Below, piece after piece: positions 1-12,558 of a stretch of 64,000 nt of DNA. The stretch's first letter is position 1. Every line of letters starts with the position of its first letter. The stretch spans positions 930,001 to 994,000 of the forward strand of contig MU004197.1 in NCBI GenBank assembly GCA_010093605.1, given 5' to 3'. The position numbers and the translations under genes are program-made. The DNA comes from Lophium mytilinum (Eukaryota). Below the pieces are notes generated by a model. The model searched no databases. It saw only the letters and a list, made by a program, of their open reading frames with translations, and was not told where the DNA came from.

Positions 1-50
1 GAGTATGAACACTCTTATTATGTACCTGTCCAAATGCTGACTATTTACAG

Positions 51-1409
51 AGAACAAAGCCACCGGTACGGATAGCTTTTGGAAATACGACATATTGCTG
101 TAGTGTGCTGATTTTCCCCGCAGAATACCATCTCGGTCTTCTCAAAGGGTTCGTCCAACGTGATCATAAATCCCATCTTAAAGAGCTTCATGCCAACTGC
201 CATACAGTAAACTTGCTCGACTACGAGCGCAGCTTCTCGAGCCTGCCCCTGGTGCGGGCGCCAGTGCTGGAACAGGCTTCGACGTGAGCAAAAGCGGCGA
301 CGCACGCATTGCCCTCGTAGGCTTTCCATCCGTCGGCAAGTCGACTTTCTTGTCCAAGATCACGAAGACCAAGAGCGAAGTAGCTGCGTATTCTTTCACC
401 ACTCTGACCGCCATCCCCGGTGTGCTCGAGTATGGAGGGGCCGAGATTCAAGTTCTCGATCTTCCAGGTATCATTGAGGGCGCGGCCGAAGGCAAGGGAC
501 GAGGTCGGCAGGTCATTTCTGCGGCGAAGACGAGTGATCTCATTCTCATGATTCTGGATGCTACGAAGAGGGCCGAGCAGCGCAAGCTGTTGGAAGCGGA
601 ACTGCACGCTGTGGGCATCAGGCTGAACTGCGATCCCCCGTATGCAGGGTCAATTGATATGAATTATTTAAGTATACTAACAATGCATAGAAACATTTAT
701 CTAAAAGCAAAGAAAGCTGGGGGGATGAAGATTACCTTCTCGGCGCCACCTAAGTATCTCGACGAAAAGATGCTCTACAATATCCTCCGCGACTACAAGA
801 TCCTAAACTGCGAGGTCCTGGTCCGAGATGAGTACGCAACCGTTGACGACTTCATCGATGTCATCATGAAAGATCACAGGACCTATATCAAATGGTAGAC
901 TACGTTTCTCTCTCCCTACGTCCTCTTCCCCTCATCCGCAAATTCCTGCCAAGCTAACGGCGAACCATAGTCTCTACGTCTACAACAAAATCGACAGCGT
1001 CTCCCTCGACTTCCTCGACAAACTAGCACGCGAAGACCACACAGTCGTCATGAGCTGCGAGCTAGACCTCGGCATCCAAGACGTCGTCGAGCGCTGCTGG
1101 GCGGAACTCCGGCTCATCAGGGTCTACACAAAACGGTTTGTTCCCGTGAACTCTGACTCCCGTTACGTAGAATGCCTCTAACATCCCCATAGGAAAGGAA
1201 TCGACCCCGACTTCTCAGAAGCCCTCATTGTCCGCTATAACGCCACCATCGAGGACGTATGCGACCAGATTCACCGCACCATCAAAGACACCTTCAAGCA
1301 CGCACTCGTATGGGGCGCTAGCGCTCGCCACGTTCCGCAGCGCGTTGGGCTGGGCCATGTGGTTGCGGACGAGGATGTGGTGAGTATTGTGACGCGGTAC
1401 ATGGCATGA
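51..1409 (+). CDS. RBG2: DRG-family GTPase Rbg2/DRG2, multi-exon, 5' end outside the window
   Basis: Spliced exons give [25 protein letters not shown]1 [15 protein letters not shown]3 DLPG and YVYNKID. A C-terminal TGS domain follows ([31 protein letters not shown]). Introns are GT-AG. The stop is taken as TGA at 1407-1409. Confidence 0.93.
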
Positions 1410-1616
1410 GCAGTCAGTATGTACATCGAACACAAGATACCAAAACTACCTCCAAATAAACAGCTGAGCCATTGATCAATGCGTCCTTTCTCTATATACA
1501 AGAGGACTATATGCTGTCTTACACTCCCCTGACGCCAGACTTCCCTCATAACGATCCATTCATCCTATCATCGCGCTTGTAGTAAGAACCCTCGTTACTA
1601 AACTCTCGACTCCCGA

Positions 1617-4600
1617 TCAATAATCCCTCCTCCCCTCCTCCGCTAGCTCCCCAAGCTCCCTTGCCGTCTCCGCACACTTCCCCAGCACCCTATCCGCCTG
1701 CACCAATCTGACCCTCAGCCTGCGCGCAAAATCCGGATACCGCCCCGCCTCCGTCTCCTCCCCTTCCTCCACTGCCACGAGCTGCAGGTCGCGGACAAAG
1801 TTATCCAGCTCGCGCGTGATGGCGCTGATCATGCCGTCGAAGGTCGCGCGCACGAAGCTGCGGTGGTTGCGCTCGACCATGGTAGACAGCTTGGGGAACA
1901 GGCGGCATTGCTGGATGTGCTTGCTCATTATTTCTTTGCGGCGGGCGTCGCTGCCAGGGCCTACATCGTAGAGTTAGTAAGGCTGTGTAAGGTGGGATCG
2001 GGTTGGAAAGTGAGGCTTACCGCTTTCGAGACTACAAGCTTGATACGCCGGGCGGAGGATATCGCAGGTGTAGGAGCTGTCGTGGCCGTAGAGAGCATCG
2101 TTCTCGATCTGAGAGGTTCCTTCGATCAGGTCCTCGAAGCCGGTGTCGACGATGTGGATGATGCAGTCGCGGTGTGCGGCGAAGTTGTCTAGCATGTTGC
2201 GGACCGCGTTGGGCGACGCGTCTTTGAAGGCTTCTAGGGGCTGGCAGACGGACTCGAAGACATCGTGGACAGAGTCGATGACGTCTTTTCTGCAGTCTTC
2301 GATCCATTCTTGGAAGAAGCCCCAGTTGCTTTCGAGTTGGAGGCGCATGACTCGGATGAGATCTTCGTTCCATTTGTGGGCACCCACTGCTCGGGTTTCG
2401 TGGTTGCCGTATTTGCGGCAGAAGGCGGCGAAGGCGCTGGGTTTGTACTGGATTCGGGTCAGAAATGTTGTTATCAGGTTATGAGAGGGAATGCTCACAA
2501 CGATCCATTCGCGGCTGACTTCTGTTGCAGCCTTTATCCAGTCATGACGTTGCTCCCCTGGTACATGTAAGCTACAGCCAGACTATATTCAAACATGGAT
2601 ATACTCACGTATTGGGTGGACGATGGAAGCAGCAAACTCTCTGTTCAGATTGTTCTTCGCCACCTGTATCTCTGAGGAGCCGAGCACCAGTTTCTATGCA
2701 AGGTTAGCATCTCGAAGTTAACATTCTTGATGTCTCTGACTTACCTTGGTGAGAACTTCCTCCGTCTGCTTCATCAGGTGCCTCAGGTCTTCTGCCACTT
2801 TTCCAGGCACCTGATCGGAGCCCGCTACACTCCATTGCCGTAGAGATCCTACAAGAGCAGGCGCCTCATGTTCAATGAAAGCAGCTGCAGCGATAAATTG
2901 GGCTTCTGCTGGGATGGAATGGCAATATCGGCGTAATCCTAGGATACCGCTCAACTCTAGTCTCAATTCTGCTCGGTTCTGCTCGTCGTGACGGTGCTCG
3001 AAATAGTCCTTGTTACTGACGCAGAAGATCTTCAAATCGGCCATCTGGACGTCCATGGCGTATCTATCAATCAGCTTTGTGGCGACTGAATGATTTCGCC
3101 GCTCTATAAGTAGTTTTTTGAGCCTGTTTCGTGGTTAGAATATGTAAGCCGTGTAGGAGGGTTGTAAGGATTACCCGAATTCCATTTCCTCGAGAACATC
3201 ACTGGTGATAGTCAGCAAAGCACTTGGGACATATGAACGTGCAGCATACCGATTCGCAATCTCCTCCTCGACAGAGCCAGGCAACCTACGTCGCCGACGA
3301 GCTTCACATCTTTTCAATTGCATGTGAAGGCTCTGGATCTGCTCTCTCCAAGTTCTGATTTGACGCGCAACATCAGGGGGAGCGTTCCTTTCAATCTCCC
3401 TCCCGTTGACGTTCTATATGGTCAGACGAAACTTCTTTCATGGGCTTCTCGACTTACCTCGGACTTGGTGCATACGATTCGAAGAGGGCGATGTCTACCA
3501 TTCCTTCGGATGGTGTCCAGCACCCCCTGATCCGCTAGTGCTTGACTCATGGTCGTCACCGCAAACACTTCGTGGCAGTTCCGCAGGTATCGTTCGATAG
3601 AACATACTCTGGCATGATTCAAGTCTCGAAGGCCTAATCAACTTTAGCTAGTTTCCCGCATCATCGGTTCGCGTAGCTTACTTGGAAGATCTACCAGTAC
3701 AAGACCTGTCTGCAAGAGAGGAGTGCGAAGATAAACCCTAGTTGTCTTTGTTAATTTGATAGACTGAATACGGGGTTCAATTCTCACTTACCGAATAATT
3801 CTAACAAACGGCCACAGTGAGGGAGTGGTGTCGTCTATTGAGTCTCGATTGAATTGCTCGACTCGATCAACGCATTCGTCAATGCTATTGGCGGTGCCTG
3901 ACCAGATGCGACAGTTGGCGCCACCGGGACGCGTTGAAAGGACTTTGTTCGCCCACTCTTGGAGAGTATTGAGTAACGAGGCATCTTGGTCAGTTGATGG
4001 CGCAATCAGGAGCTCTTTTGTTAGCCGCGGTTCGTTCCGGAACATGGCATGTAGCGTAGTCCACGCCTTGGTGGATTTATCCCGGATTTCGGTTTGTTCT
4101 TCGATGGTTTCGACTTCTTGAAAAGCGGGGATATAAAAGTGCCGATAGGTCCTAAGAAGCTCTTCAAGGAGTTCTTTGATCTCTTCAGAGCTCATGTAAT
4201 CAGCCTCGATTCCGAACGGTTCATCGTGGTGAGCTGATCTGAAGCGATACTCGGTCACCACACTGGTGGAGCCGCTACCATCGCCGCTCTTATTGAAGTT
4301 AGACAGGTAACGCCGTACGCAGAGAAGAGTGACCTACTGATCTTGCTAGATCGGGCCGGTCAAGAAGAGAATTGATGAGACTACTCTTTCCTGGTGAACC
4401 GTCAGCTTCCAGTTTCACGTCATTTCAAGAAGGCTCGAATACACACCAACACCTGAGTCTCCCACGAGCCCGACAGTTCTCGTTCGAGGTGGTTCAAACT
4501 CGCTTAGGGCTTGTGCCTGCTGACGTAGGGCGTACAGATCAGTGCCAGCCTGATGTGCTGCAGTACAACCCCAAATAGCGAGGGATATTTCTCGCATCTC

Positions 4601-5029
4601 CGCCTTCGTCTCGGTCAAGGCATCCTGAAAGGGCGCCCGGAAAATTCGTTCGTCAGGCCTCTGTTCGGTGGCAATACTATACAGTAACTCGTCTCCGGGT
4701 TGCTGGGGCGGGGCCGATGGCGAAAAGAGCGGACTCTGCTCGTTCGCGGGCACCCGCAGCTGGCCGCCAAAGTGAAGACCAGCCATGCCGGCAACAACAC
4801 CAGGAAGCGAGCCATTAGATTGGGTCTCCTCGCGACCCGAGTCGTAGTCTGGGGTCAAGACGCCATCCGAGCCTGGAGAGTATTGAGGAGCGTCGTTCGG
4901 ACTTCTCGCGAAGCGAAGGCTCTTGACCGACTGCGAAGAAGCTTTCCTGACGATTCCGTTCTTTAGAGGGGGACTTGGATTGGTAATTCTCGGGGTGTTG
5001 CTTCTTGAGAGAGGGTCGCGGGTGGCCAT
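1617..5029 (-). CDS. Dynamin-like/SLIP-GC-like P-loop GTPase, multi-exon
   Basis: ORFs 4415-5092, 3788-4261, 3422-3622, 2718-3056, 1974-2498 and 1617-1928 join through GT-AG introns. Motifs: G1 GDSGVG|KSSLIN, VVTEYRF, LWPFVRIIR, LVDLP, G4 CTKSE, IFCVSN, SGILGLRRYC, FAAFCRKYGNH and WNEDL. Confidence 0.8.
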
Positions 5030-6589
5030 GTTGGTAATAGGTTTCAGAATAACATATACTTCTAGGGGAAATGAAACGCTATGCTCAAGCACGCATGAGA
5101 TATGGAAATGAAAGTAGACCGAAATTTGGGGAACTGAAGAGAGAAACTAAAGGAGAAGGAGGACAGCCTGAGGAAGTTTGCAGGGAGACGGAAGGTTAAA
5201 GTGGCTTCGCGGGGATGGGTCGGGGATGGGCTAGCACGCTGATCAGAGCCAGGAGAGGTCCATGAAGACCAGGATGGTCCCCGTAGACACGTTCAGATGT
5301 GAACATCACGCCAACGGTGGAGGAGAGGCCGCTGAAGTGGCCTATGACTGTTGGTGGCGCGTAGAGCGATTGGCCGAGTGGTGTGCAGCATGGGAGTGAA
5401 GGTTGGTTGTCCTGGCGGTTATTGGGTCGCGAATCACACGACGTCCTGTGGGGGCCGACTGAGCGGTAAACGGGCGTGCCAAGGGCGCTTCCGCCGGGAG
5501 CCATACGGCCTATGGTTAGCATCGTATTTAGGCTTTCAGGAACATGTTAAGCTTCCTCACCACCAACCTCATCGTCGTCCAGTATCCGAAAGGTTAAGCT
5601 TCCGAGAGTCGCGCCGCATTGGCGCACTGCGGCTCTTCGGAGCGCTCACACTGTCGTCCATAAGTGCCGAAGGGTGCCTTGATACCAGCCCAGTTTTGGA
5701 GACGATGTTGACGAGTCTATGCGGCTGTGAAACGAGGGCATGCTCCGGACAATTGTGTTAAACATGACTGAAGCGCCAGCATGTTTGGCGGCTCTGCAAG
5801 CCACCCGAGCTGGTCATCTGCCGGCTTAACGATTGTGACAACTGCTAATGTCCTGCATAAGTGCGTCTGCACTAGTCTTGAAACATTGATAACTGCCTGC
5901 AATTTGATGAGTGTAGAAGCATTCTGTGGCTCTATACACTTCGTCCGCGGGATCTCGAATAGTCCTCGCGTAAAGACTAGCCTGTATGACCTTTTCTCAA
6001 AGTTAGAATAACACACGGAGTGCACCTGCGCGAATCTGGAGAGATTCGGTAGAACAAGGCCATGATTGAAAAGGTTAGTGGACTGTTATTTTGGAGGTGT
6101 TCTGAAAAGAATCGTAGACAGAAGGCTGCTATGTAGGGTTTGGTCCAAGCGTAAACAGGAAGTTGAAAATTGGTATACATGAAGGGTCGCTCCACTTGTA
6201 AAATCCACTTGTGTTAGACTACGCGTAAGCAATACAGGATTAATACCGATAAGAAATAGCTAAGACGGCCGCTACAAACTTCCTAGAGATTTTGAATGAC
6301 AAAGACGTAAAGGGGAGCGGGCGTGCTCGAAAGTAGAGATAGCCCTTCCAACGTCTGAGTCCACGTTTCACCATATGATGAAGATATCGAAAGACTTGAA
6401 CACAAGGATGGTAAATACTGGCTCGTATTTTGTAGAAAAGGAGGAGTCGTGACTCCAAGAAGGGTGACATCGTGAGTCATAATGAACATAAGGCAGCGAA
6501 ACACGCGTGCCTGACTTCCAAACGCCATTCGCTATGCATGGTATCAGAAACCCAAATCCTCCGACAAGCTAGTAGGAAACGCCAACTGC

Positions 6590-7256
6590 TCAATTCCGAA
6601 TCCTCCTCTTTTTGACGCCACCCGTCTTGACGCCCCTCTTCAGCTGAGACTTCGAAAACGTCAACGTCGATTGGGGCTTGCCGCGGACCTTGTGCCGGTT
6701 CTGGGGCTTCTTCCGTTTTGAAGAGGCGGAGGCGGCGGGCTTCGTGGCACCATCGATCTCCATCTCTGTTCACTGGGCGTTAGCCATGACCTCAACGATC
6801 AAAAGCTAGACGCAAATCTCCCCGAATATCAAACCCGACAATATCAGAGGAAACGCCGAGAAGGGTGTAGAACATGTCTTCGTCAAACTGCGCCTTCTGC
6901 TTCTCCATGGGGCTCTCTGGGGGTGTCTCGGCGCCGTCTGAAGACAGCGAGCGCGGGAGGGACCAAGAAATGCAGGGTGACAAACCTTCTGCCTGCGGGT
7001 CCTGGGGCGCGTCAGCGTCCTTGGGCGCTGTGTTGGAGTTAGCGAGTGCTTTGAGCAGCGATTCGGACATGGAGTTGTCCATACCCTCATCTGCGTCAAT
7101 CTCCATCTCGGCTTTGGCGGGTCGTGGTTGGGACGCGAGCTCGAGGAGCTTCGCGGAGAGTCGCTCGGTGCGGGCGACTTCAACAGGGGCGAAGACGCGG
7201 GTGCGGAGCTTCTTGCGGTTCGTCTTGATGCTGCTGGAGCGGAGTCCCTTGGCCAT
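6590..7256 (-). CDS. Small basic DUF2423 (YBL028C-like) protein, 3 exons
   Basis: N-terminus is MAKGLRSSSIKTNRKKLRTRVFAPVEVARTERLSAKLLELA. Two introns have GCTAAC branch sites. The last exon encodes a Lys/Arg-rich tail ending GGVKKRRIRN*. Confidence 0.8.
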
Positions 7257-7829
7257 TTTGACGTGTATGTGTTGGGGTAGCGGGATAGTGTGTGGGTAGA
7301 GGGTATGCTGGGAGTGTTGTGGTGGGCGAGAATTTCGGTGGGCGAGGCCGAATTTTGTAGGGCGGTGGCGGGATATTCCAGGGCGGTCGGGCAGAATCAC
7401 AACGGCCCCGGATTGGCTGCGTTGCTCTGGTCTCGGGCGTATTCAGTCACGCACGTCGCAGGCAGCCTGGCAATGATGCCTTTACGGTAGCTTCATGCAA
7501 AGACGCAGCTCTACGAAAGAGAGACACGGCCGTGGAACGGATCAGCTGCTGCTGTGCCCTATTCGAGCTCTGTTTTATAAAAAGGCACCTAGGTTGGAGA
7601 AGCAGGCGCATCGCTGTCCGTTATATCGCAGCCGGGCAGGAGCCACTTCGGACCACCATAAACCCCCAAAGGCTCTCCACACGTCCTCACTACCATACCC
7701 TCCATCCCGACCGTGACCCGCGCCAATCCCGCCTTCCATGTCTCTCCGCCCGCGTCGCGCCCTCCTCCTCACGCTCCTGTAGTGCGCCTTGCTCGCGCGT
7801 GAGCTGATAGCAGACAAAAACTCATCGTT

Positions 7830-9831
7830 ATGGCCACGGGCGGCAACCGGGCTCTCCAGGACCAGGTCAACACCCTCTCCGCCCACATCAAGAGTTTGAT
7901 CAACGCCGATCTAAAAGAAATATGCAGAGGCGAAAACCTCGCGGTATCTGGCGTCAAGGCGGGCCTCCAGAGCCGTATCATCCAGCGTGACTACCCCTCT
8001 CCCTCCGTCCTCCTCACTTGAGCATGAAGCTAACCACTCCCTCTTCACTACAGGCTTGGAAGAGCTCGCTTCGACCGGTGATTCCCCGGGTATCGCAAGA
8101 CTGAGATATCGAGTTCAAAACCACGGCCGCGCCCCGCCCGACTCGCAACCACCTACATACCCGACAAGCGCTGTACCAGGCCTCAACATGCAAGGCCAGA
8201 ACGGGTTTGGAAGACCGCCGGGTCAGACCCAGGCTCCTCGTCCACTGTACCAAGGCATGTGCAGTTTGCACGCATACCGACACCGATGCTGACTCTCTTG
8301 TAGCGCGTATCCTCTTCAAGCAGTCTCCGTTCTATGAGATACAAGATACGCTAGCCGCGCCGATATATCTCGAAGGTGAGAATTTGCAACAAATTGGTCT
8401 AAGTCATTTGCTAATCGGCGAGTGAAGTTACGCCGAATCACAGGACCAACGCCAATGGGCAAATAACGCTCAATGACGCTACCTGCGCGCAGCTGAGAGC
8501 GGATACCAACATGCGAGTAATGATATATTGCGCCAGCGAGGGCCCTCTAGATCAATTTTCGCGGACCGAGATCAGCTTTCCTGCGCAGTTCGAGGTCAAA
8601 ATCGGCGCCGACGAGGTGAAGGCCAACTTCAAAGGTCTCAAAAATAAGGCTGGTTCGACCAGGCCAGCCGACATTACGGACCAGATCCGAAAAGTCCCGG
8701 GATATAGAAACAATGTCCAGATAACCTATGCCCTGACACAAAAGGCAAGCCCTACAGAGGTCGCTGTACTTCTTGTCTATGATTGCGTCGGCGATACTGA
8801 CGATGTTTGCAGAGATTCACCATAATCATACATTTGGTCAAGAAGCGCTCCGTTGAGGAGCTTACGAAGAAAATACAAGATAAGGGCGTCATTGCCAAGG
8901 AGACAACTATACGCGAAAGTCAGTGCAGCGTCTACCTCAATACTAGCTCATATGCACTAACATCTTCGCAGTGCAAAAGAAGGCAAACGACCCAGACATC
9001 GTACTCGGCTCTACTGTCATGTCCCTGAAAGATCCGGTGTCCACGTTGCGAATCGCCATCCCTTGTCGCAGCGCTGTCTGCAACCACAACCAGTGCTTCG
9101 ACGTATCGTCCTTCCTTCAACTTCAAGAGCAGGCCCCTACCTGGACATGTCCTCATTGCAATAAAGTCGTAGGATTCGACTCGTTGGCTGTAGATCAGTA
9201 TGCTAAAGTGTTCTTTGCCACCAATCCGGAGCTAACGAGACACAGATACTTCCAGGAAATCTTGCAATCTGTATCGGGATCCACCGATCAGGTGACAATT
9301 GAGCCCGATGGTACCTGGTCGCAAGGGGCCAACACCGAGAACCAGACCCCTAGAAATGGCACGGTGGCGAATGATGAGGATGATAGCGATGATCTGGTAG
9401 AAATATCAGATTATCGCCTCAACAACCTCAAGGTTGAAGCCGCCGGCAGTCCGCTTTCTCTCGCCCGCACACCACCAATGTCTTCACGGGAGGCCTCGAC
9501 GGCGCTCTCAGCACCGAGAAGCAGTCACAAGCGCACGTCAGACGTCATCGACCTAACGCTGAGCGATGACGATGAGCCACGACCGGCAAAGAAGGTAGCG
9601 TACCATACCCCCAGTAGCTTGCCCGATCCATCACGAAATGGATACCGGGCGCCGAGCTACAGGCCGCAGGGCTCGACGCAACCTCCTCTACCCCGTCCAC
9701 CAAATGGAGCGCCACCCTTCCGATTAGCCCACTCTCCTCCCCAACCATATACTTATCCACCTCGCCCTTCTGCACCTTCCACCAGCTATCCAAATGCAGG
9801 ATCGTATAACGACTATAGCAGCTCACCATGA
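7830..9831 (+). CDS. SIZ1: PIAS/Siz SUMO E3 ligase (SAP, PINIT, SP-RING)
   Basis: SAP-like LKEICRGENLAVSGVKAGLQSRI. PINIT region FPAQFEVK...GLKNKAGSTRPADIT. SP-RING SLKDPVSTLRIAIPCRSAVCNHNQCFD...WTCPHC. SUMO-interacting motif VIDLTLSDDD. Confidence 0.92.
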
Positions 9832-10783
9832 TCTTTTCATTCCTATTCATGTTACGAAAACTAACAATTTGTTTTCGCAGACCGCAAGGTAGACCTACGT
9901 CGAAGCCGGCCATCGACAGCGGGATTGCGCACTTCGGTGACCACGACTCGCTCGATGCCGACCGACGGCGGAGTTCAGTGTGCTTCTTTCAACATTCTCC
10001 AATTTCTCAGCGCTTCACGGCACAGTGCAGCAAGGTGTTCCGGGGACCGGGGATTATCAAGATTACGGCGTTTTCGGGCTGTATACTTGAGGGTTTTGAG
10101 AGGTGATGGGCCTCTAAAAGGAATGATTTCTTGGCGGGCATTATGCGGGTTTCTTTGCTTGGGGATATCCGCGGAATCTGCGACGGAGTTCTATCTCTTC
10201 GTGGATTTTCCTGCTTCCTTTACCCGAGGCAATCAATGCGGTTGCTTGCTTTGCGAGGAGGGAGGGGAGAACGGCTCGGTGGTCAATCCTGTCTCAGCTG
10301 GGCTAGTGTATGAGAAAGATAGCGGAATCGACTACCACATATTAACTCTTAAAATCGTTCACGTGTGGACCTCATTTTCTATAACGATACTATCTTTATT
10401 ACACCAATGACAGCAGACTGACGCCGTTAACTCCAGAACCCCCTCGAAGGAGCTGTAAAGTACATTAATCTCTATAGATGCACCGCATAACGGTCGGAAA
10501 TGGTATTATGTAAAAGGCGTTCGCGGTCTGAGAGAGATTGATTACAAGACCGCTATTACATCCGGCGCGCTCGCTCTCTTCGAGCGGCCAAGCCTATCCA
10601 TACAGAAGGACAGCTTTCTGTTTGACTAAGAAGTATCGTAGACTTCCTACGCGAGAGACTCGCGTATATTCGAACTAGTAAAAGAAAGCAATATGCTCCA
10701 TTGACCGCTCCAGTCGGCTCTTCTCTCGCCTATACACCACCTTGATCTATCGTTCTTTGATCTCTTGATCTTAAAACCACCGT

Positions 10784-11915
10784 CTATTGCATCTTCTTCG
10801 TCTCCCCCTCTAGCGGCTCATACGTCCGATCATCCTCGCCCTCAACCTCCTTCACAATCTTCTCCATCTCCTGGCTCTGCTTCTTCCACTCAGCCTGGCA
10901 CATCTTCAGCTCCTTGCGGAACAGCTCATCGTTAGGCTTGCGGTAGCTGCCACCGAGCCGATCCCACAGCGTCGTGAACTGGCCATAGTTGTAATTAAAG
11001 TACAAATGATGCATCGTGTGGCACGCAGCGCCATTGATAATCGGCGAGTCCGCGATATACTCGCCGTCATGGATCATAACGGTCCAGATATTGATAAAGA
11101 CGAAAAGGAAGACGTAGGCGAACTTCTGCAGCGGGAACAGGAAGGGGAAGACGTGGTAGGGGACGCTCTGGCTGAAGCCGTCGACGGGGTGGAAGGCGTG
11201 CGAGGCGTAGGGGGTCGGCATGATCCATTTGTGGTGCGGCTTGTGCAGCTGCTTGTACACCAGTGGGTGGTGCAGCCCGCGGTGGATCCAGTAGATGAAC
11301 AGGTCCGTGAAGAGAATGAAGAAGGGGAATTGCAGGATGTCGTACCACGTGCCTGGCCCGGCGGAGCTGGCGTCGTACATCTTGGAGTAGCCGCGCACTT
11401 CGGCTAGGAAGATGGGCGCGGTGAGCACGGCCATGCCAGGTAGGGATTTGTTGGTCTGCCAGATTTCTTGCCGCACTTGGTGTTTGAGGTATTTAGGGTG
11501 TGCGAAGGTGGCTTTGTCGAAGACGAAGATGTAGGAGAGGGTCGCGCAGACGTAGTAGATTACTAGGCCGAAGATCCTAAGAGAGGGTTAGCTCTGGGGA
11601 GAGGCAATTGGGTGAGGGGGTGGTTTGGGGGGAGGGAGGCGTATACCAGGTGATGATGAACAGACTGAGCAGCTGTCGCCGCCAGTCGTCTCTGGGTAAT
11701 TCACTCATGTAGGCGTATTTTCCAGGCGTGAAGGAGAGGTACTCGCTCGCGGGCTCATACTGCCAGACCGCCGCTGGGATTCCAGTCGCGGCTTCGCGGA
11801 TGCTGGAGAGAGTCGCGTTGCCCTTGAGGCCGGAGAAGGCGGATGAGGCCGGGAACACAGTGGCGTATATGGGGTCGAATAAGAAGGTGTCGAACAACTC
11901 AAGGACGAGATCCAT
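10784..11915 (-). CDS. ERG3: C-5 sterol desaturase
   Basis: Start [14 protein letters not shown]. His boxes [22 protein letters not shown] and [22 protein letters not shown]. One intron at about 11577-11642. Confidence 0.96.
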
Positions 11916-12540
11916 GGCGGCGAATGTTGCCCCTCGGGGACCTGGCAGATGGTGGTGAGAAAGGAAGAAGAGGTCCGGCGCAAGCTGCGGAGAGGGTCCA
12001 GGAGCGCTCGGAAGCGGGGGCAAGAACGACAGGAGGTAGCAGTTGATAGCAGTCGAGCAGGATGCAATTGCTGAAGCTCTCGGGGGCAACTCGCAGTGAT
12101 AAAGACAGTGTGGTAAGGAGGTTGCCGTGTTAATTAAATTCGCTCTCGCTTTCGCAAGCTGCCATTAATTTTTCAGGGGTGGCGCGCTCCAATCAGCACG
12201 CGCCTTCGCCGTGCTCCACTCTCGGATTCTCACACGAGAGTGTATCCGAACCCGAGGAATCATCTGATAATAGAATGGCCAATGCCTGGTCACTCGATGT
12301 ACTCCTATTGCCCGCAAATTCAACACTTTTGACCGCTATTTGAAGCTGATTATCAATTTTAACAACCGGATGATATAGGGACGCTTTGCGGCAATTGAAT
12401 AGAGTCTGTGTCACGTGTCGTTTTTTTTTACCTTGTGGAGAATAGGGGACGTCATTATGGACGATGACTTCTGCTTTCTTTATACATATAACCACCACAA
12501 CAATGCACTCCTCGTATTCCTCTATCTCCACGTGGCGAAC

Positions 12541-12558
12541 CGGAATCTGATACTTCCG
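12541..12558. promoter_or_regulatory. CGG-N12-CCG motif, a putative AtrR-type Zn2Cys6 site upstream of ERG3
   Basis: CGGAATCTGATACTTCCG lies about 625 bp upstream of the ERG3 ATG. The spacing matches the AtrR element known from Aspergillus ergosterol gene promoters. Confidence 0.35.

Noticed and set aside
5550..6200. Possible gene relic (ORF 5717-6025)
   Set aside because: No family could be recognised with confidence.
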